Shown here: in pieces, positions 52,997-62,933 of the stretch
How positions within the stretch are numbered: the stretch's first letter is position 1
Layout: each line of letters opens with the position of its first letter
Assembly (NCBI GenBank): GCA_040222475.1
Contig: JAVKDB010000023.1
Span: 41,170-105,169, forward strand
Origin: Cyclobacteriaceae bacterium
GTDB lineage: Bacteria > Bacteroidota > Bacteroidia > Cytophagales > Cyclobacteriaceae
DNA length: 64,000 nucleotides
Direction: 5' to 3'
Made by a program: the position numbers and the translations under genes
Notes under the pieces: generated by a model
What the model saw: the letters and a program-made list of their open reading frames with translations, nothing else
Database searches by the model: none
Told to the model about the DNA's origin: nothing

Positions 52997-55900
52997 TTAC
53001 CTTAAAATTTGTAGTCGATATCTCTGAACCTTACTTCCCATATTTACATTGATGAAGTATAAGCCATTTTCAAGATGGCTGGTTCTCAGTTGAAACAGAC
53101 TTCCTTCTCTTTTGACACCAGCGGTAACATCTCTTCCCAACTGATCTATAATTGTGATTTTTACGTCTCCAATTTCGGAATCAATTCTGATATTGGCTAA
53201 ATCTTTTGCAGGGTTTGGATAAAGGGTAACACTTACTCCATCAAGACCACCCTGATAATCAATTTGTATGATTTCAGAAAAAGTAGTTGTCCCATCATAG
53301 TCCACCTGCTTTAACCGATAATAGGTCAGCCCTGCTAATGGTTTATTATCGTTAAGCGTGTAATCAATTTTCTCATTGGTAGTTCCTGCTCCTTCTACCC
53401 TGCCCAGTGATTCGAATAATTCTCCATCGACTGATCTTTCAACAATGAAATGATCGTTGTTCAACTCAGTTATGGTTGACCATTTTACAGCGACGGCCTG
53501 ATTTATTATTTCAGCTCTGAAATCAACCAACTCAACCGGGAGCACCTCATCAGGAGTACCTGGGCTGAAATGAGGAACAAATTCAGAGAATGAACTAATG
53601 GCAATAGTATAAGACTTTCCATTCGTAGAATAATCAGCCACAACCGGATTATGTAATGTTCTGGAACTTCCTGCTACATATGGATCGAGACTGCTAACAC
53701 CTGGGATTTTTGTGATCTTAATGCTGTCTGCATTGAAGTTTGAAAGCGTTCCAGGGCTTTGTCCATCATTTCCCAGCTCCGTATGAAGATCTGTGTTTTC
53801 CGTATCCAGTGAATAGAATCGGACATAAACTGTTGAGCTCGGCTGTGTGGTCGGTGTAATGTACCAGTTTCGGTTTAGTATCCAGTCACTACCATCATCT
53901 CTCACCGAGGCGGTACCATTAAGTATTCTTGTACCCCAACATGTACTACCCAAATTGTTTCCAACCGGATTAAGAGAAAATACAAGATTACCAAGGTTGT
54001 CGGTGAAATCAATCCATTGATATCCGTTTACATCTGTACAATTCATGCCCGAAGCAACATAATCAGCTTGCAGCGATCTCACTGTTGGTGTACCAGAAAC
54101 ACCTGGACTTACCGTATTAAACGGGTCTGAAAATGTTCGTGCTTCGATGTAATCAGGAATACCATCTCCATCTGTATCAGTATCTACTTCAATTGGTGCA
54201 GTGGCACCTCCGGATACCAGAATTGCTTCAAGAGCATCTGAAATATTATCTGCATCACTGTCTGATCCACCACTTGCTGTTGGGTTATTTACATCATTAG
54301 GATCCGAACCGTTGATCACTTCATAATAATCAGGAATGCCATCGCTATCTGTGTCTGTATCCAGAGCAGGTGTGGCAGAACCTCCTTCACTCGTGATTAA
54401 TGCTTCAAGTCCATCAGGTATTCCATCATTATCAGTATCAACGCTTCCATTTGTGGTCGGAGAATTCGCTGAGAAAGGGCCTGACCCGTTATCTACTTCA
54501 ATATGATCTGGAATACCATCACCATCTGTATCTGTAAATACAGTCACTGGTGCAGTGGTTCCATTGGTTACAAGAATGCTTTCCAATGCATCACTTATTC
54601 CATCCCCCAAAATTCCATTTGTTGTACTTGCATCTACACTTGGTGATCCCGGGTTGACAGGACTGTTACCATCTGTCGGATCAGTTCCATATGCTGTTTC
54701 AAAGTAATCCGGAATTCCATCTGTATCAGTATCAAGTGTAAGATTAACAGCGGTACCTAATCCAAAATTGGTTGCAGTTGTAAAATCCACACCTGTGAAA
54801 GACACTACATCTGAAGCAAATGAAGCTGCTCCGTAAGTAGCCAGAATTCCATCAGTAAAGTCATTATTCGTATCAACAATAAGAGTGAAGTCATCAATTG
54901 TACTGGCTCCATAGCCAAGCCCGGTGAGATCAAATGAAACAGTAACTGTTCCCGGATCATTCGTTTCAGTTACTCCCCATACCCTTGTCATCCGATCTGT
55001 AATTCCCGTACCAGTTGGAACACCAGATGTTGTAGAAGTAGTAACTCCGTTATCATTTCCCCAGATAATGAAATCACCATCAGTCAAAGCAGAAGGTGAA
55101 CTCAATGTGATAATTGCGTCAGAATTATTACTTGTTCCGATGGTCTGTCCCAGACCAAATCCGGTATCGTTTCCAATTCCTGCAATATCATTTGAATATG
55201 AAGTGAGGCCATAAATGCTGCTCCCTCCAACCGTATAGTTTTCTCCGGAAATATCAAGTGTAATCCCATACTTAACAGCAAGGTAAGTTTCAATATCTCT
55301 TCGATCCGCCGCACTCTGTCTTGAACTAAAACTTAAAATTTCAGCTATTTTTCCATCAAAGGCATCATCTCGGTTAATATTGTCACCCACACTATAATTA
55401 CCGGAGAAATTTGTAAACGAACCAATCACATTTAACGTTAGTGTTGTGCCGTTTACAATAATATCCTGGTCGGTAGCTACTGCATTATTTCGTGCATTAA
55501 CAATAATTAAATCTCCATAGGTCGTTACCAGGCTTTCTTCACCACGTGCGTATCCACCACTGGTGGAGTGCGTAATGACCTCATTGAACAATCCACCATC
55601 ATGTGCTCCAAAAGCAAGTCCGGCAGAGGAGCCGGTATCAAAGCCCAGAGGCATTTCATCATCGCTTGCACTTGTCAAACTGTTGTCAGGATCCAACACA
55701 ATAAAATAATCCTGTGTATTAAATCCTGCAGCTCCAGTCAATGATTCGGATGTGAAATCAAAGGCAGGATTGGTATTAAACTGGCTACTTACAAGTGTTG
55801 GGCCTGTTGTTACCGGCGAAGCATCGTTTCCATTTCCACTTTGATCTGCCCAGGCTGTTACCTCACTACCGGAAGTTGTTACTCCGGCATCTGCTTTTAA

Positions 55901-58900
55901 CCAAAGAGTGTTTCCTGTTCCACCAGGTGTAAGTACTGAAGGAACAGCAACTGTAAAGAAAGTAGTTCCTGCTAAAGGCACATTTTCAAATACAAGAGTA
56001 TCTCCACTACTACTGGATGCCGTTATAGCTGTCGAAACAGTAGAAAAATCTGATGTTCCATTCAGAAACAAGGTATACAAACCTGCCGTCTGTCCTCTTG
56101 TAGCATAGTTTGTAATATCTGCAATGTAAACTCGTACAGTTACGGTCCCTGGTGAGCCGGTTGTTTCGGCAACCCACTCTGTTGAAAGTCTTTCATCATA
56201 TGCACCTGGTAATTCTGTACCCTGTACTGTTGTCTTGTCCGTACCATCATTTCCCCATATTATATATTCACCGTTATCAAGATCTGATGCTCCTGTCATG
56301 CTAATGATTGCTCCTGTATTAACACTACCAGATGTAGTCTGTTGAAGTGCATTATCAAGATTCTGACCGATCCCGGCTATATCATTGGAATAAGTGGTCT
56401 GATTGTATATGGCAACTCCGCCTTCAGTGTACCCGGTTGTAGAGATATCAAGAGTCAAACCATACCTTATTGCCAGGTAGGTAGCTACATCTCTTCGATC
56501 TGCATCCGAAAGGCGAGTATTAAAGCTTATAATTTCAGCGATCGAACCATCAAAGTCATTGTCCTGATCAGCATTTTGGCCAATAGTAAACGTTGCGTCC
56601 GTATAGTTTGCGAAATTTCCTGCGTTAGCTTCAGTAACGGTGGTGCTTGCTCCATCAACATAAAATTCCTGTCCGGTTGCTCCTGCATTGTTTCTTGAAT
56701 TGAACAAGGTAGGTGTGCCATAGGTTACAGATGTACTAAGCTGACCAGAAGCGTACTCATTGGCAGCCCCATCGGTAATGATATGTGTAGCAACCTCATT
56801 CGTCAAATTGCCAGTAACTGTTCCAAACACAAGCCCATTGCCTTCAACGTTGGTGTAAGACACTAAATATCCATAATTCGTCAGGTTTGACGCGGCAATA
56901 TCAGGAGCTGCAACAATAAAATAGTCCTGCGTATTGAAGCCTGAAATACCACCCAGGTTATCATCACTGAAATTGATTACATCATGTGAATTGAGGCTTC
57001 CTGAAACAAGTGTTGGTTGACTCGATACATTTCCCTGGAAAGCATTATTCGTGTTCCCACTCTTATCAGACCAGTCTGAAACAAGGTTGCTGCTTGAAGT
57101 AACACCATCATCACCTCTCAGCCACAAAGTCAGACCATCCGCCACACCGACACCTCCTGGTGCCACTGTCTGAACATCACCAGCCAGTGTAAAATACTCT
57201 CCGTCACTAAAATCAACAGCTGAGAAAGTAACTATATCTCTTCCCCCTACATTAGAAACAACACCACCTGTAATCAATGTAGATGTAGCTAAATCCGTTG
57301 GCATAGTGGCAGTGTTTGCTGCCTGTATCAGATTCAGTGTAGTGTTATTGATATCAATTCCTAATGATGTTACATCAAATGCAATTGTCACCGTTCCTAC
57401 ATCCCCTGTTTCTGTCAGTCTCCAGATTTTATTTAATCGTTCAGTCGCACCTGAAGGCACATCACTTGTTGTAAATGTATTTGCTCCACCGTCATTCCCC
57501 CAAACCAGGTATTCTCCATTATCTAAGTCTGCCGCTGAAGAAACTTCAACGATCCCTCCATCATTTACGCTCATCGAGGTTGTCTGATTGAGACCCTGAG
57601 TTATTTCATTCATTCCAATACCGGCAATATCATTCGGGTAAGCCGTGTAATTATAAATCGAGGCTCCTCCTACCGTATAGCTCAAACTTGATATGTCAAG
57701 CGTAAGTCCATATTTAATTGCAAGGTAAGTGGCAACATCTCTTCGATCAGCTTGTGAAAGTGTCGTGCTAAAACTGATCACTTCTGTCATCGTACCATTG
57801 AAAGGTGCTGACACAGCTGCATTGAAGGATTCTCCAAGTTGATATGCCTGATCTGTTCGTGTATTCCAACTACCCGTATTAAGTTCTGTATCAATGATCT
57901 GCGTACCATTTCTGTAGATTTCCTGAGAAGTAGCTCCTGCATTGTGTCTGGGGTTGATAATACTTGGATCTCCAAAATTAGAAGTTGTACTTACCTGCAT
58001 ACCCCGGTAGCCTCCACCATCCAGCGCATAAGTTATTATTTCGTCATCCTGAAGAGCAGTAGTCGGTCCGAGTGCAATACTTGTGAAATCCCCCTGCTCA
58101 AATCCAATAATTCGTCCTACTGCATTTGTATTATTATAAATTTCATTAGGATCAATAACAATAAATGACTCGAAGGAATTGAAGCCTCCAGGACCAGTCA
58201 TTGTGTTGGATCCATCAAACAGGACACCAGGATTTCCATTAAGTGCATCGGTATTTAGAGTTGGCTGATCTGAAGACAGACTTTGCTCGGCACTATTCAC
58301 GCTTCCACTCTGATCCACCCATCCGGTTATATTGCTACCATTGGTAGCAATACCTTTATCTGCTTTTAGCCATAGGGTCATATTAGTGGCATCAACACCA
58401 CCGGGACTTGGCTTGCTAAGGTTACCACCAAGCGTAAAGTACTCCCCATCTGCAAAGTCAACACCTGCAAAGGTCAAAATTTCACTACCATTCATGGTCG
58501 CAACAGAACCAGTACTGTTTACTGATGCTGAAGATAAGCCGATTGGCATTGTAGCTACACTTGATGCTACCAGAAGACTCAGTGTTGAAGTTGAAGCATC
58601 AATACCCAACGCAGTGAGGTCAAATGAGATATCAACTGTTCCTACGTCACCTGTTTCATCCAATCTCCAAATTCTCGTCAACCGATTGGTTGTACCACCC
58701 GGAATATCTGATGCAGTAAGTGCTGTTGTTCCTCCATCATGACCCCAAATCATGGATTCTCCATCTGCCAGTCCGGAAGCGTTTGAAAGCTCAATATTTT
58801 TCCCAGTCGTGCTCTTAGATGATGTTTGTGATAAATTTTGAGAGTTATCTACAATAATTCCTGCAATATCATTGCTGTACGTTGTATGATTGTAAATAGA

Positions 58901-61366
58901 CGCACCACCTATCGTATAATTTTCTGCAGAAATGCCTAGAGTAAGTCCATATTTTAAGGCAAGGTATGTTTCAACATCCCTTCTTTGTGCAGCGCTTAAC
59001 TCCACATCAAACATGATGATTTCAGCAATATCTCCACCATAAATGTATCCGTTTCCTCCTGTCCTTGCTCCTATCAGGACATTAGTTGTTTCGCTGGCTG
59101 TTCCTACTCCGCCATTATTGATTTCCAGTGTTCCATCCAGGTAAGTATCAAGGTTCGCTGTGTTGATTAATGTTGAAGCAATGGTCCAGGAATCATCAAC
59201 AACTGAAGTTGCTCCGGTGCTTTGGGTCCCGCCAATTATCTGGCTATAAACTCCACCAGTAGTGATAAATTGATATTGTCTGTTTGCGGCCGTTCCATTA
59301 TTAGCTCTTGAAAGAATTGTTCCATTATCAAGTGTGTTAAAAACTGTAAAAAACGAGAATGCATCTGTTCCGGGAACATAATCAAGTACGTCTCCAAGGT
59401 CCAGGTAATCATCTGTACCATCTAGTTCAATTACTGCATGTGAGTTAATTGCGTCAGTCTTATACAAAGGCTGATCAGAAGCAGTAGCCTGTACCGCATC
59501 TATTCCACTGTCACTTTGATCTCCCCAGTTCGTAACATTTGAACCCGATGTGGTTATTGCCCGATCAGCATCAAGCCATAAAGTTAAGTTTGCTGCTAAA
59601 TCACCAGGAGCAGTTTCTGCAGTGGTTGCCAGCGTGAAAAAATCGCCATCTCCAACACTGATATTATCAAAAGTAACAATATCATCTCCAGTGGCATCCT
59701 GCGAAATTGTTCCGTTTAGTGTAACTGTTCCTGTTGCAAGATCTGTCGGCATTGTTGCACCGCTCGCAGCCTGAATGAGTGCAAAGTCCTGACCGGAAAG
59801 AGTCAGTCCCAATGTCGTTAAATTAAAAGAGAGGTCCACTGTTCCAACATCACCGGTTTCTTCCATGCTCCATATTCTGGTGAGTCGATTAACAACACCT
59901 CCCGGTATATTACCTGTCGTTGTTGCTGTTGATCCATTATCATGACCCCAAATCAAAAACTCACCATCTGCCAAATCACTTGCTCCGCTCATTGTCACAA
60001 CATCACCTGAGGTGCTAATGGAAGAAGTCTGATTCAGCCCCTGAGAATCATCTTGGCCTATACCTGCAATGTCTGTATCATAGCTTGCTAGATTGAAAAT
60101 AGAAGATCCACCAACTGTATAGGCTTGTGAAGTTATATCCAAAGTAAGACCATACTTTATTGCCAGATATGATTCAACATCTCTCCTGGCAGCTGAAGAA
60201 AGTGCACTGTTAACTATGATTAGTTCTGCAAGCTCGCCATTCAATTGAAACCCTCCTCCGCCAGTTCTTGCTCCTACTATTACATCTTCTGTTTCGGTGT
60301 CAGTTCCAATAGTTCCGCCGGTGACATCTACTGTTCCCCTCAACCATGCATTAACATCAGTTGTGCTTGCTATACTAGAGCTTATGTTCCACTGATTTGT
60401 AGCAACATTAGCTCCTTGTTGAGTACCGCCACCTCCAATGATTTGAAAGAAGTCATTGCCAGTAATACCATACTGCCATTGTCTATTAGCTGCTCCGTTA
60501 CCTGCACGAGCGATCAAAGTGCCCGTATTGCCAGTACCCACATTATAAACCCCAAAGAAGGACCATTCGTCAGTTCCAGGAGTAAAGTCAAGAACGTCTC
60601 CAAGATTTAAGTAATCACCTCCGTCAAACGAAAGAGAAGAATACCCATTTACTGCATTTGCAGTAAGAGTTGGTTGATTTGCTCCCGCTCCCTGTGTTCC
60701 GGTTATTGCGCTCCCTCCCTGATCTGTCCATGCAAGCACACTCGTGCCAGAGGTTGATACACCCTTGTCTGGTTTCAGCCACAGAGCAAGACCAGAAGCA
60801 TCTCCTGGGGAATCCGTTGGTATTTCAACTGTGATTTCGATGCTGGCGCCAATTATACAAAGTGGGTCACCCCCGGCTGTTTCATCTGCTCTTAAAATCC
60901 ATGTGCCCTCAGGATCAATTCCATCAAATGATGATAATGAACCCTCAGGAATGTATGTTCCATTTGCAGGAATACCTCCTGGTATAGTGGTGCTTGCTTC
61001 ATCATCGAATAATTGAGTTACGCCTGGAGAGATGTCATCAGCTCCTCCAAAGGTTCCTGTAGAAAAAATGGTAACTATCCCGCCATTAGGTGATTCCAAT
61101 TCGAATCCATGTTCATCGTGAAATGAGTTTCCCGTACCTGGGGCAGCACAAGATCCATCTGTCTTATCATAGTGAATGGTTAGATTGATATCGGTCACAA
61201 CAGCCCCAAAACCAAAAGAGGATACGGGTACATCAATGGTTATGGTACCTGTCCCTCCATCAACTGTAACAGGTGAAGTCCCGGAATAGGTAAATGTTGT
61301 TTGAGCAAAAGCTCCTGTAGAGACGAAAGCCAGTATAAGTAAGAGTAGTCGGGTTGTACTTTTCAT
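52997..61366 (-). CDS. giant (2789 aa) T9SS-secreted modular surface protein
   Basis: Signal peptide MKSTTRLLLLILAFVSTGAFAQ. A proprotein-convertase P-domain-like segment (about aa 23-180). Five modules of about 400 aa, each LamG/jelly-roll-like and containing RRDVxxYLAxKYGLTLD. Six DxDxDGIPD calcium-binding (TSP3-like) repeats (aa 2211-2410). An LPVELVDF...YYRLKQVDYDG domain. Type-A T9SS CTD (TLYPNPAKD...GLYFINV). Confidence 0.9.
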   Translation of the reverse strand: MKSTTRLLLLILAFVSTGAFAQTTFTYSGTSPVTVDGGTGTITIDVPVSSFGFGAVVTDINLTIHYDKTDGSCAAPGTGNSFHDEHGFELESPNGGIVTIFSTGTFGGADDISPGVTQLFDDEASTTIPGGIPANGTYIPEGSLSSFDGIDPEGTWILRADETAGGDPLCIIGASIEITVEIPTDSPGDASGLALWLKPDKGVSTSGTSVLAWTDQGGSAITGTQGAGANQPTLTANAVNGYSSLSFDGGDYLNLGDVLDFTPGTDEWSFFGVYNVGTGNTGTLIARAGNGAANRQWQYGITGNDFFQIIGGGGTQQGANVATNQWNISSSIASTTDVNAWLRGTVDVTGGTIGTDTETEDVIVGARTGGGGFQLNGELAELIIVNSALSSAARRDVESYLAIKYGLTLDITSQAYTVGGSSIFNLASYDTDIAGIGQDDSQGLNQTSSISTSGDVVTMSGASDLADGEFLIWGHDNGSTATTTGNIPGGVVNRLTRIWSMEETGDVGTVDLSFNLTTLGLTLSGQDFALIQAASGATMPTDLATGTVTLNGTISQDATGDDIVTFDNISVGDGDFFTLATTAETAPGDLAANLTLWLDADRAITTSGSNVTNWGDQSDSGIDAVQATASDQPLYKTDAINSHAVIELDGTDDYLDLGDVLDYVPGTDAFSFFTVFNTLDNGTILSRANNGTAANRQYQFITTGGVYSQIIGGTQSTGATSVVDDSWTIASTLINTANLDTYLDGTLEINNGGVGTASETTNVLIGARTGGNGYIYGGDIAEIIMFDVELSAAQRRDVETYLALKYGLTLGISAENYTIGGASIYNHTTYSNDIAGIIVDNSQNLSQTSSKSTTGKNIELSNASGLADGESMIWGHDGGTTALTASDIPGGTTNRLTRIWRLDETGDVGTVDISFDLTALGIDASTSTLSLLVASSVATMPIGLSSASVNSTGSVATMNGSEILTFAGVDFADGEYFTLGGNLSKPSPGGVDATNMTLWLKADKGIATNGSNITGWVDQSGSVNSAEQSLSSDQPTLNTDALNGNPGVLFDGSNTMTGPGGFNSFESFIVIDPNEIYNNTNAVGRIIGFEQGDFTSIALGPTTALQDDEIITYALDGGGYRGMQVSTTSNFGDPSIINPRHNAGATSQEIYRNGTQIIDTELNTGSWNTRTDQAYQLGESFNAAVSAPFNGTMTEVISFSTTLSQADRRDVATYLAIKYGLTLDISSLSYTVGGASIYNYTAYPNDIAGIGMNEITQGLNQTTSMSVNDGGIVEVSSAADLDNGEYLVWGNDGGANTFTTSDVPSGATERLNKIWRLTETGDVGTVTIAFDVTSLGIDINNTTLNLIQAANTATMPTDLATSTLITGGVVSNVGGRDIVTFSAVDFSDGEYFTLAGDVQTVAPGGVGVADGLTLWLRGDDGVTSSSNLVSDWSDKSGNTNNAFQGNVSSQPTLVSGSLNSHDVINFSDDNLGGISGFNTQDYFIVAAPDIAASNLTNYGYLVSYTNVEGNGLVFGTVTGNLTNEVATHIITDGAANEYASGQLSTSVTYGTPTLFNSRNNAGATGQEFYVDGASTTVTEANAGNFANYTDATFTIGQNADQDNDFDGSIAEIISFNTRLSDADRRDVATYLAIRYGLTLDISTTGYTEGGVAIYNQTTYSNDIAGIGQNLDNALQQTTSGSVNTGAIISMTGASDLDNGEYIIWGNDGTDKTTVQGTELPGAYDERLSTEWVAETTGSPGTVTVRVYIADITNYATRGQTAGLYTLFLNGTSDFSTVSTAITASSSSGDTLVFENVPLAGTTFFTVAVPSVLTPGGTGNTLWLKADAGVTTSGSEVTAWADQSGNGNDASPVTTGPTLVSSQFNTNPAFDFTSESLTGAAGFNTQDYFIVLDPDNSLTSASDDEMPLGFDTGSSAGLAFGAHDGGLFNEVITHSTSGGYARGEESLVTTYGDLIIVNARNNAVATDQDIIVNGTTLTLNVIGSFTNFSGNYSVGDNINRDDAFDGKIAEILSFSSRQSAADRRDIETYLAVKYGITLDISGENYTVGGSSIYGLTSYSNDIAGIGNDTGFGLGQTIGTSNNSDAIITLSSPSALTDGDFIIWGNDNGVTTSTTSGVPTGTGITDRMTRVWGVTETNDPGTVTVSFDLTGLGYGASTIDDFTLIVDTNNDFTDGILATYGAASFASDVVSFTGVDFTTATNFGLGTAVNLTLDTDTDGIPDYFETAYGTDPTDGNSPVNPGSPSVDASTTNGILGDGISDALESILVTNGTTAPVTVFTDTDGDGIPDHIEVDNGSGPFSANSPTTNGSVDTDNDGIPDGLEALITSEGGSATPALDTDTDSDGIPDYYEVINGSDPNDVNNPTASGGSDSDADNISDALEAILVSGGATAPIEVDTDTDGDGIPDYIEARTFSDPFNTVSPGVSGTPTVRSLQADYVASGMNCTDVNGYQWIDFTDNLGNLVFSLNPVGNNLGSTCWGTRILNGTASVRDDGSDWILNRNWYITPTTQPSSTVYVRFYSLDTENTDLHTELGNDGQSPGTLSNFNADSIKITKIPGVSSLDPYVAGSSRTLHNPVVADYSTNGKSYTIAISSFSEFVPHFSPGTPDEVLPVELVDFRAEIINQAVAVKWSTITELNNDHFIVERSVDGELFESLGRVEGAGTTNEKIDYTLNDNKPLAGLTYYRLKQVDYDGTTTFSEIIQIDYQGGLDGVSVTLYPNPAKDLANIRIDSEIGDVKITIIDQLGRDVTAGVKREGSLFQLRTSHLENGLYFINVNMGSKVQRYRLQILR
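54752..60811 (-). repeat. five tandem, diverged coding modules of about 1.2 kb inside the giant gene
   Basis: The module-start motif L-W-L falls at aa 195, 596, 998, 1414 and 1821 (nt 60784, 59581, 58375, 57127, 55906). Periods are 401-416 aa. DNA copies share only short identical stretches. Confidence 0.85.
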
Positions 61367-61715
61367 TCAAATTGCAATTCCGCTAGACTATAGCAACATG
61401 TAATTCGGGAAAATACAGGAATCACCGCCTGATGGCCTGTGAATCTCTAATTCCAATGAACTGAACAAGTGGCTATAGCTGGCGATGATTATTAATAGGA
61501 CAAAAATCTATAATAATTGTGAGATTTCAAGAAAAAATTCGATGAATGACCTCAAACTGACTGACAAGTCTAATGGAATCATGATGAAAATGTGCATTGA
61601 CTTTTCAGCCAACAACTAACACAATCCTTTCATATGCTAATCACAGCTCCATGTATGTAATAATATACCCTCAAGTATTTATATTGGCCGTTAAAATGCA
61701 ATAGCTTAGTTAAGA

Positions 61716-62921
61716 ATGTCCAAAATAGTCATAATCGGTGGTGGCATAATCGGTCAGTTCTGTGCCTATTACCTTGCAGGGAATGGAAACCAAGTATCGG
61801 TAATTGATGATAATCCGGATATGACTCCTGCTTCAGAAGGGAACTGTGGTCTGGTTACACCAAGTCATATTGTCCCTCTAAATTCCATGCAGGCTGTATT
61901 TCAGGGAATTAAATGGCTGGGCAAAAAAGATGCTCCCCTCAAAATAAAACCTCAATTAGACAGGCGTTTCATCTTATGGTTCTTAAACTTCATCCGTTTT
62001 AGTTCTGGTTCTGCCATTGAAAAAGCAACTGCTGCCAGGCATGAACTTTTACAATTGAGTTTTTCACTGTACGAACGATTCTTTGAGGACGAACCAACTG
62101 AGTCCGAATGGAATAAGGGTGGATTACTTTATGTATGTCGCAACAAAAAATCCATGAATCATTATGACGAAGAAATAGCGCTTCATAAAAAATTCAATCT
62201 CCAAAGCAGGATGTTAAGTGCAACAGAAGTTACGGAAGAGGAACCCCTTCTTAAGGGAACCTTCGCAGGAGGTGCGCTCATGGAAATGGACAGTTGGCTA
62301 AACCCGACTCAATTATTGAAAGACCTGCGGAGAATCAATGAAATAAATGGTGTTAAATACTGTCCGGAAAAAGTGCGTGATTTCAGGTTAAGCAACGGAA
62401 AAATTAATGCAGCTATGACAGAAAAGGGTGAATACATTGCCGATGAATTCATTTTGGCAACCGGGGCCTCCTCCCCATTACTGGCTGCAAAGATTGGTAT
62501 CAATCTGGCCGTTATTCCCGGTAAGGGATATAATCTGACGACCAGAAATGGTGAACACATACCTATGAAAAGGCCACTTTATATGGTGGAAAAAAAGGTA
62601 GTAGCCACACCATGGAAGAATGGATTTAGAATTGGCAGCACCATGGAGTTTTCCGGCTATGACCTGGAACTTAATGGAGACAGACTCAATGCATTGAAAA
62701 AAGCTGCCGGAGAATATCTGGAAATAGATGTAGATAGCTTTGCATTTACTCCGTGGGCCGGGTGGAGACCCATGAAAGACAATGGAATTCCTATCATTGA
62801 AAGAAACGAAAAAATAAAGAATCTTGTAATAGCAACCGGCCACAGCATGGTAGGACTCAGCATGGCTCCAGCAACCGGCTATATGGTGAACGAACTTATC
62901 ACCGGCAAAAAGAGAGATTGA
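61716..62921 (+). CDS. FAD-dependent oxidoreductase (D-amino-acid dehydrogenase/DAO-like)
   Basis: 401 aa. N-terminal dinucleotide fold IVIIGGGIIGQFCAYYL, with a DAO-family pattern through to GHSMVGLSMAPATG. Confidence 0.82.
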   Translation: MSKIVIIGGGIIGQFCAYYLAGNGNQVSVIDDNPDMTPASEGNCGLVTPSHIVPLNSMQAVFQGIKWLGKKDAPLKIKPQLDRRFILWFLNFIRFSSGSAIEKATAARHELLQLSFSLYERFFEDEPTESEWNKGGLLYVCRNKKSMNHYDEEIALHKKFNLQSRMLSATEVTEEEPLLKGTFAGGALMEMDSWLNPTQLLKDLRRINEINGVKYCPEKVRDFRLSNGKINAAMTEKGEYIADEFILATGASSPLLAAKIGINLAVIPGKGYNLTTRNGEHIPMKRPLYMVEKKVVATPWKNGFRIGSTMEFSGYDLELNGDRLNALKKAAGEYLEIDVDSFAFTPWAGWRPMKDNGIPIIERNEKIKNLVIATGHSMVGLSMAPATGYMVNELITGKKRD

Positions 62922-62933
62922 AAAGCGAATAGA

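Noticed and set aside
54924-61016. About ten plus-strand ORFs of 61-136 aa inside the giant gene, plus several out-of-frame minus-strand ORFs.
   Set aside because: All are embedded in the single 8.4-kb reading frame, which has coherent domain architecture. They are Ser/Val/Pro-rich mirror images of the Thr/Gly/Asp-rich protein.
61485-61619. 44-aa ORF (MIINRTKIYNNCEISRKNSMNDLKLTDKSNGIMMKMCIDFSANN) in the 349-nt region upstream of the giant gene.
   Set aside because: It has no paralog in the window, no recognisable motif and no convincing promoter box, so it cannot be supported from sequence alone.
61367-61715. Possible invertible promoter (phase-variation switch) upstream of the giant surface-protein gene.
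   Set aside because: I found only short palindromes (AATTGCAATT at 61370-61379 and GCTATAGC). No pair of longer inverted repeats flanks a promoter-sized segment, and there is no nearby recombinase.
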